Source: Planctomycetota bacterium
GTDB taxonomy: Bacteria > Planctomycetota > PUPC01 > DSUN01
Direction: 5' to 3'
Length of the DNA: 64,000 nucleotides
Assembly (NCBI GenBank): GCA_041320515.1
Contig: JBGLNR010000001.1
Location: 578,405 to 642,404, forward strand
Shown in pieces: positions 56,589 through 64,000 of this stretch (the first letter of the stretch is position 1; each line of letters begins with the position of its first letter). The notes below the pieces were generated by a model that searched no databases, was not told the DNA's origin, and saw only the letters and a program-made list of their open reading frames with translations. The position numbers and the translations under genes were made by a program.

Positions 56589-57128
56589 TGCCTCCTGGTA
56601 GTCGAGCACGAAGTCGTAGAGCCACAGGCAGGCCCGCTTGCCCACGGTGGTGGGCTGGGCGGGCTGGAAGTGGGTGTAGCCGAGGGTGACGAGGCCGCGG
56701 TGCTCGCGGGCGAAGGCGGCGAGAGCTTGGATGAGGTTGACCAGCTTAGCCCGCAGGAGGCCCAGGGCGTCCCGCATGATCAGCAGGTCGGCGTTGTCGG
56801 TCACGTAGCAACTGGTGGCGCCCAGGTGAATGATGGGCTTGGCCGTGGAGCACTGGGCGGCGAGGGCGTGGACGTGGGCCATCACGTCGTGGCGGAGTTC
56901 GGCCTCGAGCTTCTCGGCGAGAGGGAAATCAATGTCGTCGAGGTGGGCGCGAAGCTCGCCGAGCTGCCTGTCGCTGATGGCCAGGCCCAGCTCCTGCTCG
57001 GCCTCGGCCAGGGCGAGCCAGAGGCGGCGCCACGTGGAGTGCTTCCGCTGGGGCGAGAACGCCTCGCTCATCTCGCGGCTGGCGTAGCGGGTGACGAGGG
57101 GGTTGTCGTATTGCCCATAATCGCCCAT
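56589..57128 (-). pseudogene. purB: adenylosuccinate lyase (purB) 5' fragment (~180 codons) joined out of frame to the tilS fragment
   Basis: The N-terminal 180 aa (…[13 protein letters not shown]…[10 protein letters not shown]…[12 protein letters not shown]…[16 protein letters not shown]…[10 protein letters not shown]) are collinear with PurB. After 'DYQEA' the frame runs into low-complexity junk, while the -1 frame continues as TilS 'AETILLRLL'. Confidence 0.6.
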
Positions 57129-57143
57129 AGTGTTCCGCTCTCT

Positions 57144-57189
57144 ATTCGATTCACTCGATTGATTCGATTGATTCGACGGATTCGACGGA
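57144..57189. repeat. tandem 9-mer repeat (TCGATTCAC TCGATTGAT TCGATTGAT TCGACGGAT TCGACGGAT), reverse-complement orientation of the GATCCGTCN family
   Basis: Lies directly upstream of the purB-fragment start codon (57128). Contains GANTC and GATC cores. Confidence 0.8.
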
Positions 57190-57194
57190 TCGTA

Positions 57195-57554
57195 CTATGC
57201 CCTCATGCACGCGGGCGAGGGGTACGTGGGATTGCCCCAGTGGTTGCGCACGCAGTCGCAGCAGGTGCCGCGGTTCCCGCAGGGCTCGTAGTCGCAGGGG
57301 CAGAACTCCAGGTTCGCCCCGTGCAGCTCGCACTTCTCCGTCGCGATGCCCTTGAGGGAACGCGTGGCGGCGGGGCGCTCGCCGCCGCGCATGCAGAAAC
57401 TCTTCTGGCCCTTGGCCACGTGGTTCTGGATGCACAGGCAGCAGATGCCGCGGCGCTCGCACTTCTCGTTGGTGCACGGGCACATCTGGAGGTTGGCCTC
57501 GCGGTTCGGGCACTCGACGGTTGCGGCCATGGGCAGCGCACTCCTGTAAGACAC
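57195..57554 (-). CDS. small cysteine-rich protein with an internal tandem duplication (2 x CP..(6-7)CPC(4-5)C(4-5)CC.C..NH), putative metal-binding
   Basis: 119 aa with 20 Cys. The two halves align: 'ECPNREANLQMCPCTNEKCERRGICCLCIQNH' and 'KCELHGANLEFCPCDYEPCGNRGTCCDCVRNH'. Confidence 0.6.
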   Translation of the reverse strand: MSYRSALPMAATVECPNREANLQMCPCTNEKCERRGICCLCIQNHVAKGQKSFCMRGGERPAATRSLKGIATEKCELHGANLEFCPCDYEPCGNRGTCCDCVRNHWGNPTYPSPACMRA

Positions 57555-57711
57555 TCGGGGAAGCTACAGGATTATAGTGGACAGGGCGCGCGCATTCAAG
57601 CGCCACTTGACTTTCCGGCCCGTCCGGCGCATCATGGGCGGGCAGTTTCCGCGAGCGCGCGGGCGAGGGCGGCGCAAACCCGCCCGTGGCTATTGTGCAG
57701 GAGAGCACGGG

Positions 57712-58122
57712 ATGGTCAAGCATGGCGTGCGGGTGTTGGCGGGCCTCATCATGCTCCTTGGGCTTTCGGCGTCCGCCCCCGCCGGCGAAGGGGAGGCGCC
57801 GAAGGAGGTGGTCAAGAAGGACGAGCCGGCCGCCAAGGAGAAGCCGGTGGACGAGTATCGCTCGGTGGTCGGCAAGCTGAATGCCGCCCGACAGAAGCTC
57901 ATCAAGGACAAGCCCGAACTCGCTCAGGAGTACAAGCAGTTCGCCGACCGCATGAAGCAGATCGAGAAGGACCGCGAGACGTTCTACGCGAAGCTCCGGA
58001 CGATGTCGCCCGACATTGACAAGCTGGAGAAAGAGAAGGAGGCACTCGAGGCCGAGCGCAAGCGCAAGGACGAAGAGGCCCGCAAGGCCAAGGCCCCGCG
58101 CAAGGCCAAGGCCAAGGAATGA
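57712..58122 (+). CDS. secreted lysine/glutamate-rich coiled-coil protein
   Basis: GGAGAG Shine-Dalgarno. Signal peptide (MVKHGVRVLAGLIMLLGLSASAPA). The remainder is predicted helical and charged (…EKDRETFYAKLRTMSPDIDKLEKEKEALEAERKRKDEEARKAKA). Confidence 0.65.
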   Translation: MVKHGVRVLAGLIMLLGLSASAPAGEGEAPKEVVKKDEPAAKEKPVDEYRSVVGKLNAARQKLIKDKPELAQEYKQFADRMKQIEKDRETFYAKLRTMSPDIDKLEKEKEALEAERKRKDEEARKAKAPRKAKAKE

Positions 58123-58318
58123 GTCCGCGGCGGGCACACAGGCTCCCTTCCCGAGGCGGCGCGCGCGAGCGCGCCGCCTCGCGCGTTGGCGCCGCGTCGG
58201 CGGCAGTTGCCCCCAATCGCCCCCGACGTATAATGGGGGGAGGCGAACAGGGCTGTCCCCACGAGCCTTGCTTCTGCGTATTTTCACGGGGGGACTTGCT
58301 GCGGGGCGTCAGGCGGCG

Positions 58319-58981
58319 ATGGTGCAACTTGAGGAAGTCACGAAGCTCTATCGCGGCCCTCAGGGCGAGGTCCGCGCCCTCGACTGCGTGAGCCTTCGCG
58401 TCGCCGAGGGCGAGTTCATCGCCGTCAGGGGCGCCAGCGGCAGCGGCAAGTCCACCCTCCTGCTCACCCTCGGCGCGATGGTCAGGCCGACGAGGGGCCG
58501 CGTGACCGTGGCCGGCTCGGATGTCTACGCCCTATCGCCGGGCGAGCGGGCGCGGTTCCGGGCCGAGAACATCGGCTTCGTCTTCCAGCTCTTCCACCTC
58601 ATTCCCTACCTGAGCGTGCTGGAGAACGTCCTGGTGCCGACCCTGGCGGCCCGAGGGCGCGAGCGGCCATCGGCGCCGGCGCTCCTGGAGCGCTACGGCC
58701 TGGGCCACCGCATCCACCACCGGCCGGCCGAGCTGAGCATCGGCGAGCGCCAGCGCGTGGCCATGGCCCGCGCCCTGCTCAACCAGCCCAGGCTCATCCT
58801 GGCCGACGAGCCGACCGGCAACCTCGACCCCGCCAACGCGACCGAGGTGATGAACCACCTGGCCGACCTCCACCGCTCGGGAACCACCATCGTGGTCGTG
58901 ACCCACGAGGAGTTGGCCGCGCGCTACGCGCAACGCACCGTGGAGATCCGCGAGGGGCGCATCGTGACGCGTGACCCGTGA
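58319..58981 (+). CDS. ABC transporter ATP-binding protein (LolD/FtsE/MacB-type)
   Basis: Walker A 'GASGSGKST'. Signature 'LSIGERQRVAMARAL'. Walker B 'ILADEPTGNLD'. H-loop. No cognate permease gene is adjacent. Confidence 0.85.
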   Translation: MVQLEEVTKLYRGPQGEVRALDCVSLRVAEGEFIAVRGASGSGKSTLLLTLGAMVRPTRGRVTVAGSDVYALSPGERARFRAENIGFVFQLFHLIPYLSVLENVLVPTLAARGRERPSAPALLERYGLGHRIHHRPAELSIGERQRVAMARALLNQPRLILADEPTGNLDPANATEVMNHLADLHRSGTTIVVVTHEELAARYAQRTVEIREGRIVTRDP

Positions 58982-59009
58982 CGCGTGACTGGAAAGGAGA
59001 AGAGGGAGC

Positions 59010-60581
59010 ATGGCGCATCGCTTCGATCGGTCCCCCACAGCGGCAGCATTGCTGTCGGCGTGGCTCACACTCGTCGGCGGCTGCGGCTCGGATGAGGAGG
59101 CCAAGCTGCTGTGCCACGTGGGCGGCACCATGCGGCCAGCGATGGAGGAACTCGCCAGGCGCTACAAGGCCGAGACGGGGCGGGAGGTGCAGTTCAACTA
59201 CGGCGACTCGGGCGCCCTGCTCACCCAGATCGAGCAGGCGAAGCGGGGCGACCTTTACGTGTGCCACGACCCCTTCGGCGGCGGCGCCCAGAAGAAGGGG
59301 CTCGCCGAAAAGGTGTGGACCATCGCCTCCCTCACGCCCACCATCGCAGTCGCCAAGGGGAACCCGAAGGGCATCCACGGCCTGCGCGACCTGGCCAAGC
59401 CCAAGCTCCGCCTCGGCCTGACCGACGAGATGTACTCCACGCTCGGCCACATCAACCCAGTGATGTTCGAGAAGGCGGGCCTGCGCAAGGAGATCGAGAA
59501 GAACGTCGTCACCCGCACCCGCATGGGCGGCGAGGTCGCCACCGCCGTCGGCATCGGCACCCTCGACGCCACGATCGCCTGGAACGCCGTCATCCACCTG
59601 CGCAAGGACAAGCTCGACGCCATCCCAATCGAGCCAGCGTTCCTCCTCCAGTCGGGCGTGGACGCGGTCACCACGGCGACGTTCGGGGTGATCGACATGG
59701 GCTGCGTCAAGGTGACCATCGCCACGCTGAAGTGCTCGAAGCAGCCCGCGGCGGCCGCCGCCTTCGCCCAGTATGTGGCCTCGGAGAAGGCCCGCGCCGT
59801 CTTCGCCGAGTTCGGCTTCTCCCCGGCGCCCGCCGGGACAGTTGAGGCCCCGCCGGAGGCCGCGACGCCGCCCACGTCGAGCCGCGAGGGGCTGCACCTC
59901 TACTGCGGCGCCGGCATCCGCCCCGCCGTCGCCGAGGCAATTCAAGCCTTCGAGAGGGAAGCCAAGACCAGCGTGCGGGCCGACTATGGGGGCTCCGGCA
60001 CCCTCCTGTCCAACATCCGGGCCTCCAAGCGCGGCGACCTGTATATGCCCGGCGAATCGGAGTACGTGGACCGAGCCGAGGGCTTCGGCCTCATCGCCTC
60101 GCGCCGCAACGTCTGCTACTTCATCCCCGTCATCCTCGTGGCCAAGGGCAATCCCAAGGGCATCAAGTCGCTCCAGGACCTCACGAAGGCCGGCCTGCGC
60201 CTCGGCCTGGGCAACCTCGACGCCTGCGCTATCGGGCAGACGTGCGTCAAGCTCTTCCAGAGGAACGCCATCCCGCTCGACGCCATCGAGAAGAACACGG
60301 TGGTGAAGACCCTGACTGTGAACGAGCTGGGCGTCCAAGTGAAGCTCGGGCAGACTGATGCGGCGATCGTGTGGGACGCCATCGCGGCCTACTACGCCGA
60401 CAGCGCCGACGCGGTGGCCATCCCGCGCGCCAAGAACGTCGTGTCGCAGGTGGCCATCAGCATCCTCAACAGCGCCCGGGACCGCGACCTCGCGATGAAG
60501 TTCGTGAGCTTCCTGGCCAGCCCGGCCGGCCAGGCGATCTTCCAGAAGCACCACTACGCCACCAGCCTTCCCGCGGAGTGA
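59010..60581 (+). CDS. modA: molybdate ABC transporter substrate-binding lipoprotein, tandem-duplicated (two ModA domains in one polypeptide)
   Basis: Lipoprotein signal (LTLVGGCGS). Two consecutive ModA-like units: '…YGDSGALLTQIEQAKRGDLYVCHDP…IAVAKGNPKGIHGLRDL…' and '…YGGSGTLLSNIRASKRGDLYMPGES…VAKGNPKGIKSLQDL…'. Confidence 0.8.
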   Translation: MAHRFDRSPTAAALLSAWLTLVGGCGSDEEAKLLCHVGGTMRPAMEELARRYKAETGREVQFNYGDSGALLTQIEQAKRGDLYVCHDPFGGGAQKKGLAEKVWTIASLTPTIAVAKGNPKGIHGLRDLAKPKLRLGLTDEMYSTLGHINPVMFEKAGLRKEIEKNVVTRTRMGGEVATAVGIGTLDATIAWNAVIHLRKDKLDAIPIEPAFLLQSGVDAVTTATFGVIDMGCVKVTIATLKCSKQPAAAAAFAQYVASEKARAVFAEFGFSPAPAGTVEAPPEAATPPTSSREGLHLYCGAGIRPAVAEAIQAFEREAKTSVRADYGGSGTLLSNIRASKRGDLYMPGESEYVDRAEGFGLIASRRNVCYFIPVILVAKGNPKGIKSLQDLTKAGLRLGLGNLDACAIGQTCVKLFQRNAIPLDAIEKNTVVKTLTVNELGVQVKLGQTDAAIVWDAIAAYYADSADAVAIPRAKNVVSQVAISILNSARDRDLAMKFVSFLASPAGQAIFQKHHYATSLPAE

Positions 60582-60590
60582 AGCCCCGCC

Positions 60591-61433
60591 GTGACCCGCC
60601 GCGCCCCCAGGAGCGAAGCCCCCCGAGGCCCCGTCGCGGGCCGCCGCGTCACCGCGTTCTCCGTCGCCACCGTCGCCTTCCTGGCCGTGTTCCTGCTCCT
60701 GGTCGTGGTGCTGCTCGCCACGGACCTGTGGTACACCGACGCCAAGTCGTTCCGCGAGGCCCTCACCTCGCGCGAGGTGCTCCACGCGCTCTGGCTCAGC
60801 CTCTTCACCTCGCTCGTCTCCGTGGCCCTCATCGTGCTCTTCGCCGTTCCCGTGGGCTACGCGCTCAGCCGCTATCGCTTCCCAGGCCACGCGGTGGTGG
60901 AGGCGCTGGTGGACCTCCCCATCGTGCTCCCCCCCGTGGTCATCGGCCTCTCGCTCCTCGTCTTCTTCAGCACCAGGGTCGGGCAGTGGATTCAGACGAA
61001 TTGGATCGAGTTCGTCTACTCGGTCCCTGGCATCATCCTGTGCCAGTTCCTCGTCTCGGCCTCGTTCGGCATCCGGGCGGCGGCGGCGGCGTTCGACAGC
61101 GTGGACCGGCGGCTCGAGGACCTGGCGCTCACGCTCGGCTGCACGCGCGGCCAGGCATTCTGGCGCGTGGCGCTGCCCATGGCCCGCAACGGCATCGTGG
61201 CGGGCGCCATCGTCGCCTGGGCGCACGCCGTCGGCCTCTTCGGCCCCCTGATGATCTTCGCCGGCACCACGCGCATGAAGACCGAGGTGCTGCCGACCAC
61301 GATCGCCCTCGAACTCTCGATTGGGCGCATCGAGGTCGCACTCGCCGTCGCCATGCTCATGCTGGCCACGGCCGCCGCCGCTCTCGTGCTCGTGCACGCG
61401 CTCGCGGGCGCCCGGAGGTGGTGGCCAGGATGA
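60591..61433 (+). CDS. modB: molybdate ABC transporter permease
   Basis: GTG start. Six TM segments. EAA-like loop '…LEDLALTLGCTRGQAFWRVALPMARNGIVAG'. Confidence 0.8.
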   Translation: MTRRAPRSEAPRGPVAGRRVTAFSVATVAFLAVFLLLVVVLLATDLWYTDAKSFREALTSREVLHALWLSLFTSLVSVALIVLFAVPVGYALSRYRFPGHAVVEALVDLPIVLPPVVIGLSLLVFFSTRVGQWIQTNWIEFVYSVPGIILCQFLVSASFGIRAAAAAFDSVDRRLEDLALTLGCTRGQAFWRVALPMARNGIVAGAIVAWAHAVGLFGPLMIFAGTTRMKTEVLPTTIALELSIGRIEVALAVAMLMLATAAAALVLVHALAGARRWWPG

Positions 61434-62491
61434 TCCGCGTGCGCGGCCTCGACCTTCGCATCGGCACCTTCGCACTCCGCGGCCTCTCCCTCGACGTCGC
61501 GCAGGGCGACTACTTCGTCCTCCTCGGCCCCACGGGCTCGGGCAAGACGCTCTTCATCGAGTGCCTCTGCGGCCTCCTTCGCCCCGACGCCGGCTCCATC
61601 GAGATTGGCGGGCGCGACGTGACGGCTCTCGCCCCGCGCCTGCGCGGGATCGGCTACGTGCCCCAACACCAGGGCCTCTTCCCCCACCTGAGCGTGGCGG
61701 ACAACATCGCCTTCCCGCTCCGCGCGCGCCGCTGGCCGCGCGATATGATGAGGGAGCGAACCGGCCCGCTCGTGGACCTGTTGGGCATCGGCCACTTGCT
61801 CGGGCGCTGGCCCGCGCACCTCAGCGGCGGCGAGCGCCAGAAGGTGGCCCTCGCCCGCGCCCTGGCCCCGCGCCCGGAGGTCCTGCTCCTCGACGAGCCG
61901 GTGAGCGCCCTGGACGAATCGAGCCGCGAGCGCCTCTGCCGCGAACTCCGCCGAATCCACGAGGAACTCCACGTCACCACCCTCCACGTCAGCCACAGCG
62001 TCGAGGAAGCCCTCAGCACCGGCAACCGCGCGGGCGTGATGAACGACGGACAGGTCGTCCAGACCGGCGCCCTCACCGAGCTGCTCCGCCGCCCGGCCAG
62101 CGAATTCGTCGCCCGCTTCTTCCGCACCGAGAACATCGTTCCCGCCACCGCCACGCCGCTGCCCGGCGGCGGCTCCGAGCTGGCCTTCGCCACCCATCGC
62201 CTCACCGTCCCCGGCCGCCACGACGGCCCCGTCACCTTCGCCATCCGCCCCGAAAGCCTGCAGGTGGAACCCGCTGTGGGCGGGGCGTCTCTGCCCCGCG
62301 CGAACGCCATCCCCGCCCTCCTCAAGCATGTCGGCGACCGCGGCCTCTACCGCCGCCTTGAGTTGGACGCCGGCCTCCCCCTCGTCGCCTTCAGCACGCT
62401 CTCCGCCGAGGCATTCCAGGTCGGCCAGAGCTGCCGCGTCGCCCTGCCCGCCGAGGCCATTCACGTGCTGCCGCCCGCCAGCGTTTCTTGA
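61430..62491 (+). CDS. modC: molybdate ABC transporter ATP-binding protein with C-terminal TOBE-like domain
   Basis: The start overlaps the modB stop (ATGA). Walker A 'GPTGSGKT'. Signature 'LSGGERQKVALARAL'. Walker B 'LLLDEP'. The C-terminal ~120 aa are a transport-associated OB domain. Confidence 0.85.
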   Translation: MIRVRGLDLRIGTFALRGLSLDVAQGDYFVLLGPTGSGKTLFIECLCGLLRPDAGSIEIGGRDVTALAPRLRGIGYVPQHQGLFPHLSVADNIAFPLRARRWPRDMMRERTGPLVDLLGIGHLLGRWPAHLSGGERQKVALARALAPRPEVLLLDEPVSALDESSRERLCRELRRIHEELHVTTLHVSHSVEEALSTGNRAGVMNDGQVVQTGALTELLRRPASEFVARFFRTENIVPATATPLPGGGSELAFATHRLTVPGRHDGPVTFAIRPESLQVEPAVGGASLPRANAIPALLKHVGDRGLYRRLELDAGLPLVAFSTLSAEAFQVGQSCRVALPAEAIHVLPPASVS

Positions 62492-62526
62492 CACAGCTCC
62501 GGCGCCCGGCTACACTGCGGCAGTGG

Positions 62527-62583
62527 CACAGGCATCTTGCCTGTGGGCCCACAGGCTGGAAGCCTGTGCCACCAGAGGGGTAA
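62527..62583 (+). terminator. nested inverted-repeat structure (TGGCACAGGC … CCTGTGGgccCACAGG … GCCTGTGCCA) between modC and the glycosyltransferase gene
   Basis: Outer 10-bp and inner 7-bp perfect stems are read directly. No U-tract follows. Confidence 0.45.
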
Positions 62584-62585
62584 GC

Positions 62586-63710
62586 ATGCGCGTCGTCTAC
62601 TCCATCGGCTCGCGGCTGGCCGGCGGCGGAATCGGCAACACCGCCTACCACGCCGCCCGCGGCATCTGGCAGGCCGGGCACCTAGACCGGCTCCTGTGCC
62701 TGGGCTACGCGCCGAGCGACATCTCCCCCGGCCTCATCCGCTCCCTCTGGTTCCCCTCGCGCCGCTACCTGCGCCTCCCCGTCCATACCTACTGGCGGCT
62801 GAAGGACTGGGCGTTCGACCGCCGGGCCGCCAGGCTGCTCCCCGACTCGTTCGACGTGTTTCACGGCTGGAACTCCCATTGCCTCCACACGCTCGGCCAG
62901 GCCCGCGCTCGCGGGGCAGTGACGTTCGTCGAGCGCGGCTCCGCCCACGCCACCGTCCAGGCCCGCCTGCTCGAAGAGGAGCACGAGCGTCTCGGCCTTC
63001 CTAAGCCGCGGGGCATGCGCCGCCTCGTCGAGCGCTGCCTCGCCGAGTACGAGATCGCCGACTACGTTCACGTGCCCTCCTCGTTCTGCCGCCAGAGCTT
63101 TCTCGACGCCGGCTACCCCGCGAGCAAGATCGTCCAAAGCCCCTACGGCGTGGACCTGGGCCGCTTCGCTCCCCAGCCCCAGCCAGCCCAGTTCACGGTG
63201 CTCTACGTCGGCGAGATCGGTGTCCGCAAGGGGGCGCTCGACCTGTTGGAGGCCTGGGCCAGGCTCCAGCTCACCGGCAGCCGCCTCGTCCTCCTCGGCG
63301 GCATCGAGCCAGCCATCGCCTCGCGGGTGGACGCCTATCGCCGCCGCTGCGCCTTCGAGACGCCTGGCTTCGGCACCGACATGCCCGCCGCCTACGCCGA
63401 CGCCTCGGTGCTGGCCCTGCCCGCCATCGAGGACGGCTTTCCCCTCGTCGTCCTCGAGGCGATGGCCAGCAGCCGCCCAGTCGTCGTCTCCGAAAACACC
63501 GGCTCGAAGGACGCCATGGAGCCGGGCGTGAGCGGCTTCGTCGTGCCCATCTGGTCGCCCGACTCCATCGCCGAGCGGCTCCAATGGCTCCACGACCACC
63601 CCGCCGAGCGTGCGGCGATGGGCGTCGCCGCCCGCCGCCAGGCCGAGAACTACCCCTGGGAACGCCACGGGGCCGACCTCGTGGCCTTCTACGAGAAGGC
63701 GCTCCAATGA
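62586..63710 (+). CDS. glycosyltransferase family 4 (GT-B fold)
   Basis: C-terminal '…GLDLLEAWARL…PAIEDGFPLVVLEAMASSRPVVVSENTGSKDAMEPGVSGFVVP' matches the GT4 EX7E region. Confidence 0.8.
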   Translation: MRVVYSIGSRLAGGGIGNTAYHAARGIWQAGHLDRLLCLGYAPSDISPGLIRSLWFPSRRYLRLPVHTYWRLKDWAFDRRAARLLPDSFDVFHGWNSHCLHTLGQARARGAVTFVERGSAHATVQARLLEEEHERLGLPKPRGMRRLVERCLAEYEIADYVHVPSSFCRQSFLDAGYPASKIVQSPYGVDLGRFAPQPQPAQFTVLYVGEIGVRKGALDLLEAWARLQLTGSRLVLLGGIEPAIASRVDAYRRRCAFETPGFGTDMPAAYADASVLALPAIEDGFPLVVLEAMASSRPVVVSENTGSKDAMEPGVSGFVVPIWSPDSIAERLQWLHDHPAERAAMGVAARRQAENYPWERHGADLVAFYEKALQ

Positions 63711-64000
63711 GCGGCCTAGCCCAACAAGCCGTCCGCGGCACGATGGCCGTCCTCGTCGCCAACACCGTCTCACGCCTCGTGGCCACCCTTGGCCAGCTCT
63801 ACTTGCGCGGCAGGGTCACGCCCGAGGAGTTCGGCATCGTGGCCTTCGCGGCCTCGCTCCTGGCCATCTGCGATGCGATGGCCAACTGGGGCTTCTCCCA
63901 GGCCGCCACCCATCGGCAGGAGCGCGTGCCCGAGACCTTCTGCGCGTTCCTTCTCCTCCGCGTGGCGATGCTGCTCGGCGTCTTCTGCGTCCTGGGCCTC
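63707..64000 (+). CDS. polysaccharide biosynthesis protein / Wzx-like flippase, N-terminal part (3' end beyond window)
   Basis: The ATG overlaps the glycosyltransferase stop (ATGA). 'MAVLVANTVSRLVATLGQLYLRGRVTPEEFGIVAFA' is a typical PST-family flippase N-terminus. The frame is open to the window end. Confidence 0.65.
   Translation, partial: MSGLAQQAVRGTMAVLVANTVSRLVATLGQLYLRGRVTPEEFGIVAFAASLLAICDAMANWGFSQAATHRQERVPETFCAFLLLRVAMLLGVFCVLGL

Overview
High-GC (~68-70%) bacterial chromosomal window, compositionally Planctomycetota-like or Myxococcota-like (abundant sulfatase, PQQ/PD40 beta-propeller, TPR-PKD proteins and MJ0042-type zinc-ribbon proteins). Housekeeping genes are clearly recognisable: recG, carA and carB, a stand-alone GuaA-type ATP-pyrophosphatase, and modA(double)-modB-modC. 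Several accessory stretches sit between them:
- Two or three type II toxin-antitoxin pairs (vapBC, a TIGR02574 antitoxin with a RelE/ParE toxin, and a decayed DUF5615-like remnant).
- Three paralogous membrane proteins with N-terminal MJ0042-type zinc ribbons, each behind a near-consensus sigma70 promoter.
- A tandem pair of giant (about 1470 and 1610 aa) secreted TPR + PKD-domain paralogs of unknown function.
- A strongly promoted operon encoding a 1019-aa lysine-rich protein with a C-terminal HExxH zincin motif followed by a lipoprotein.
- A two-component system (GAF histidine kinase and a response regulator with a non-HTH output domain) with a retropepsin-like protease.
- Gene remnants: a purB 5' fragment fused out of frame to a tilS 3' fragment, a 5'-truncated glycoside hydrolase, a Uma2 fragment, and an NuoF C-terminal-only ORF.
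The DNA is rich in small repeats:
- A REP-like hairpin family (GTAGTGCGGSCTTCAGSCCGTATC) at five intergenic sites.
- 9-mer GATC-containing tandem repeats abutting start and stop codons at three loci.
- Heptamer tandem repeats (CAGAGGG, GTSACGC) both inside coding sequence and between genes.
- A 57-bp in-frame perfect palindrome inside a DUF3604 gene.
- A degenerate ~32-bp tandem array downstream of carB.
- A MITE-like element with 20-bp terminal inverted repeats.
- Inverted copies of a GC-rich repeat flanking a PD40 beta-propeller gene.
Many long six-frame ORFs are antisense artefacts of the high GC content and are not called as genes.
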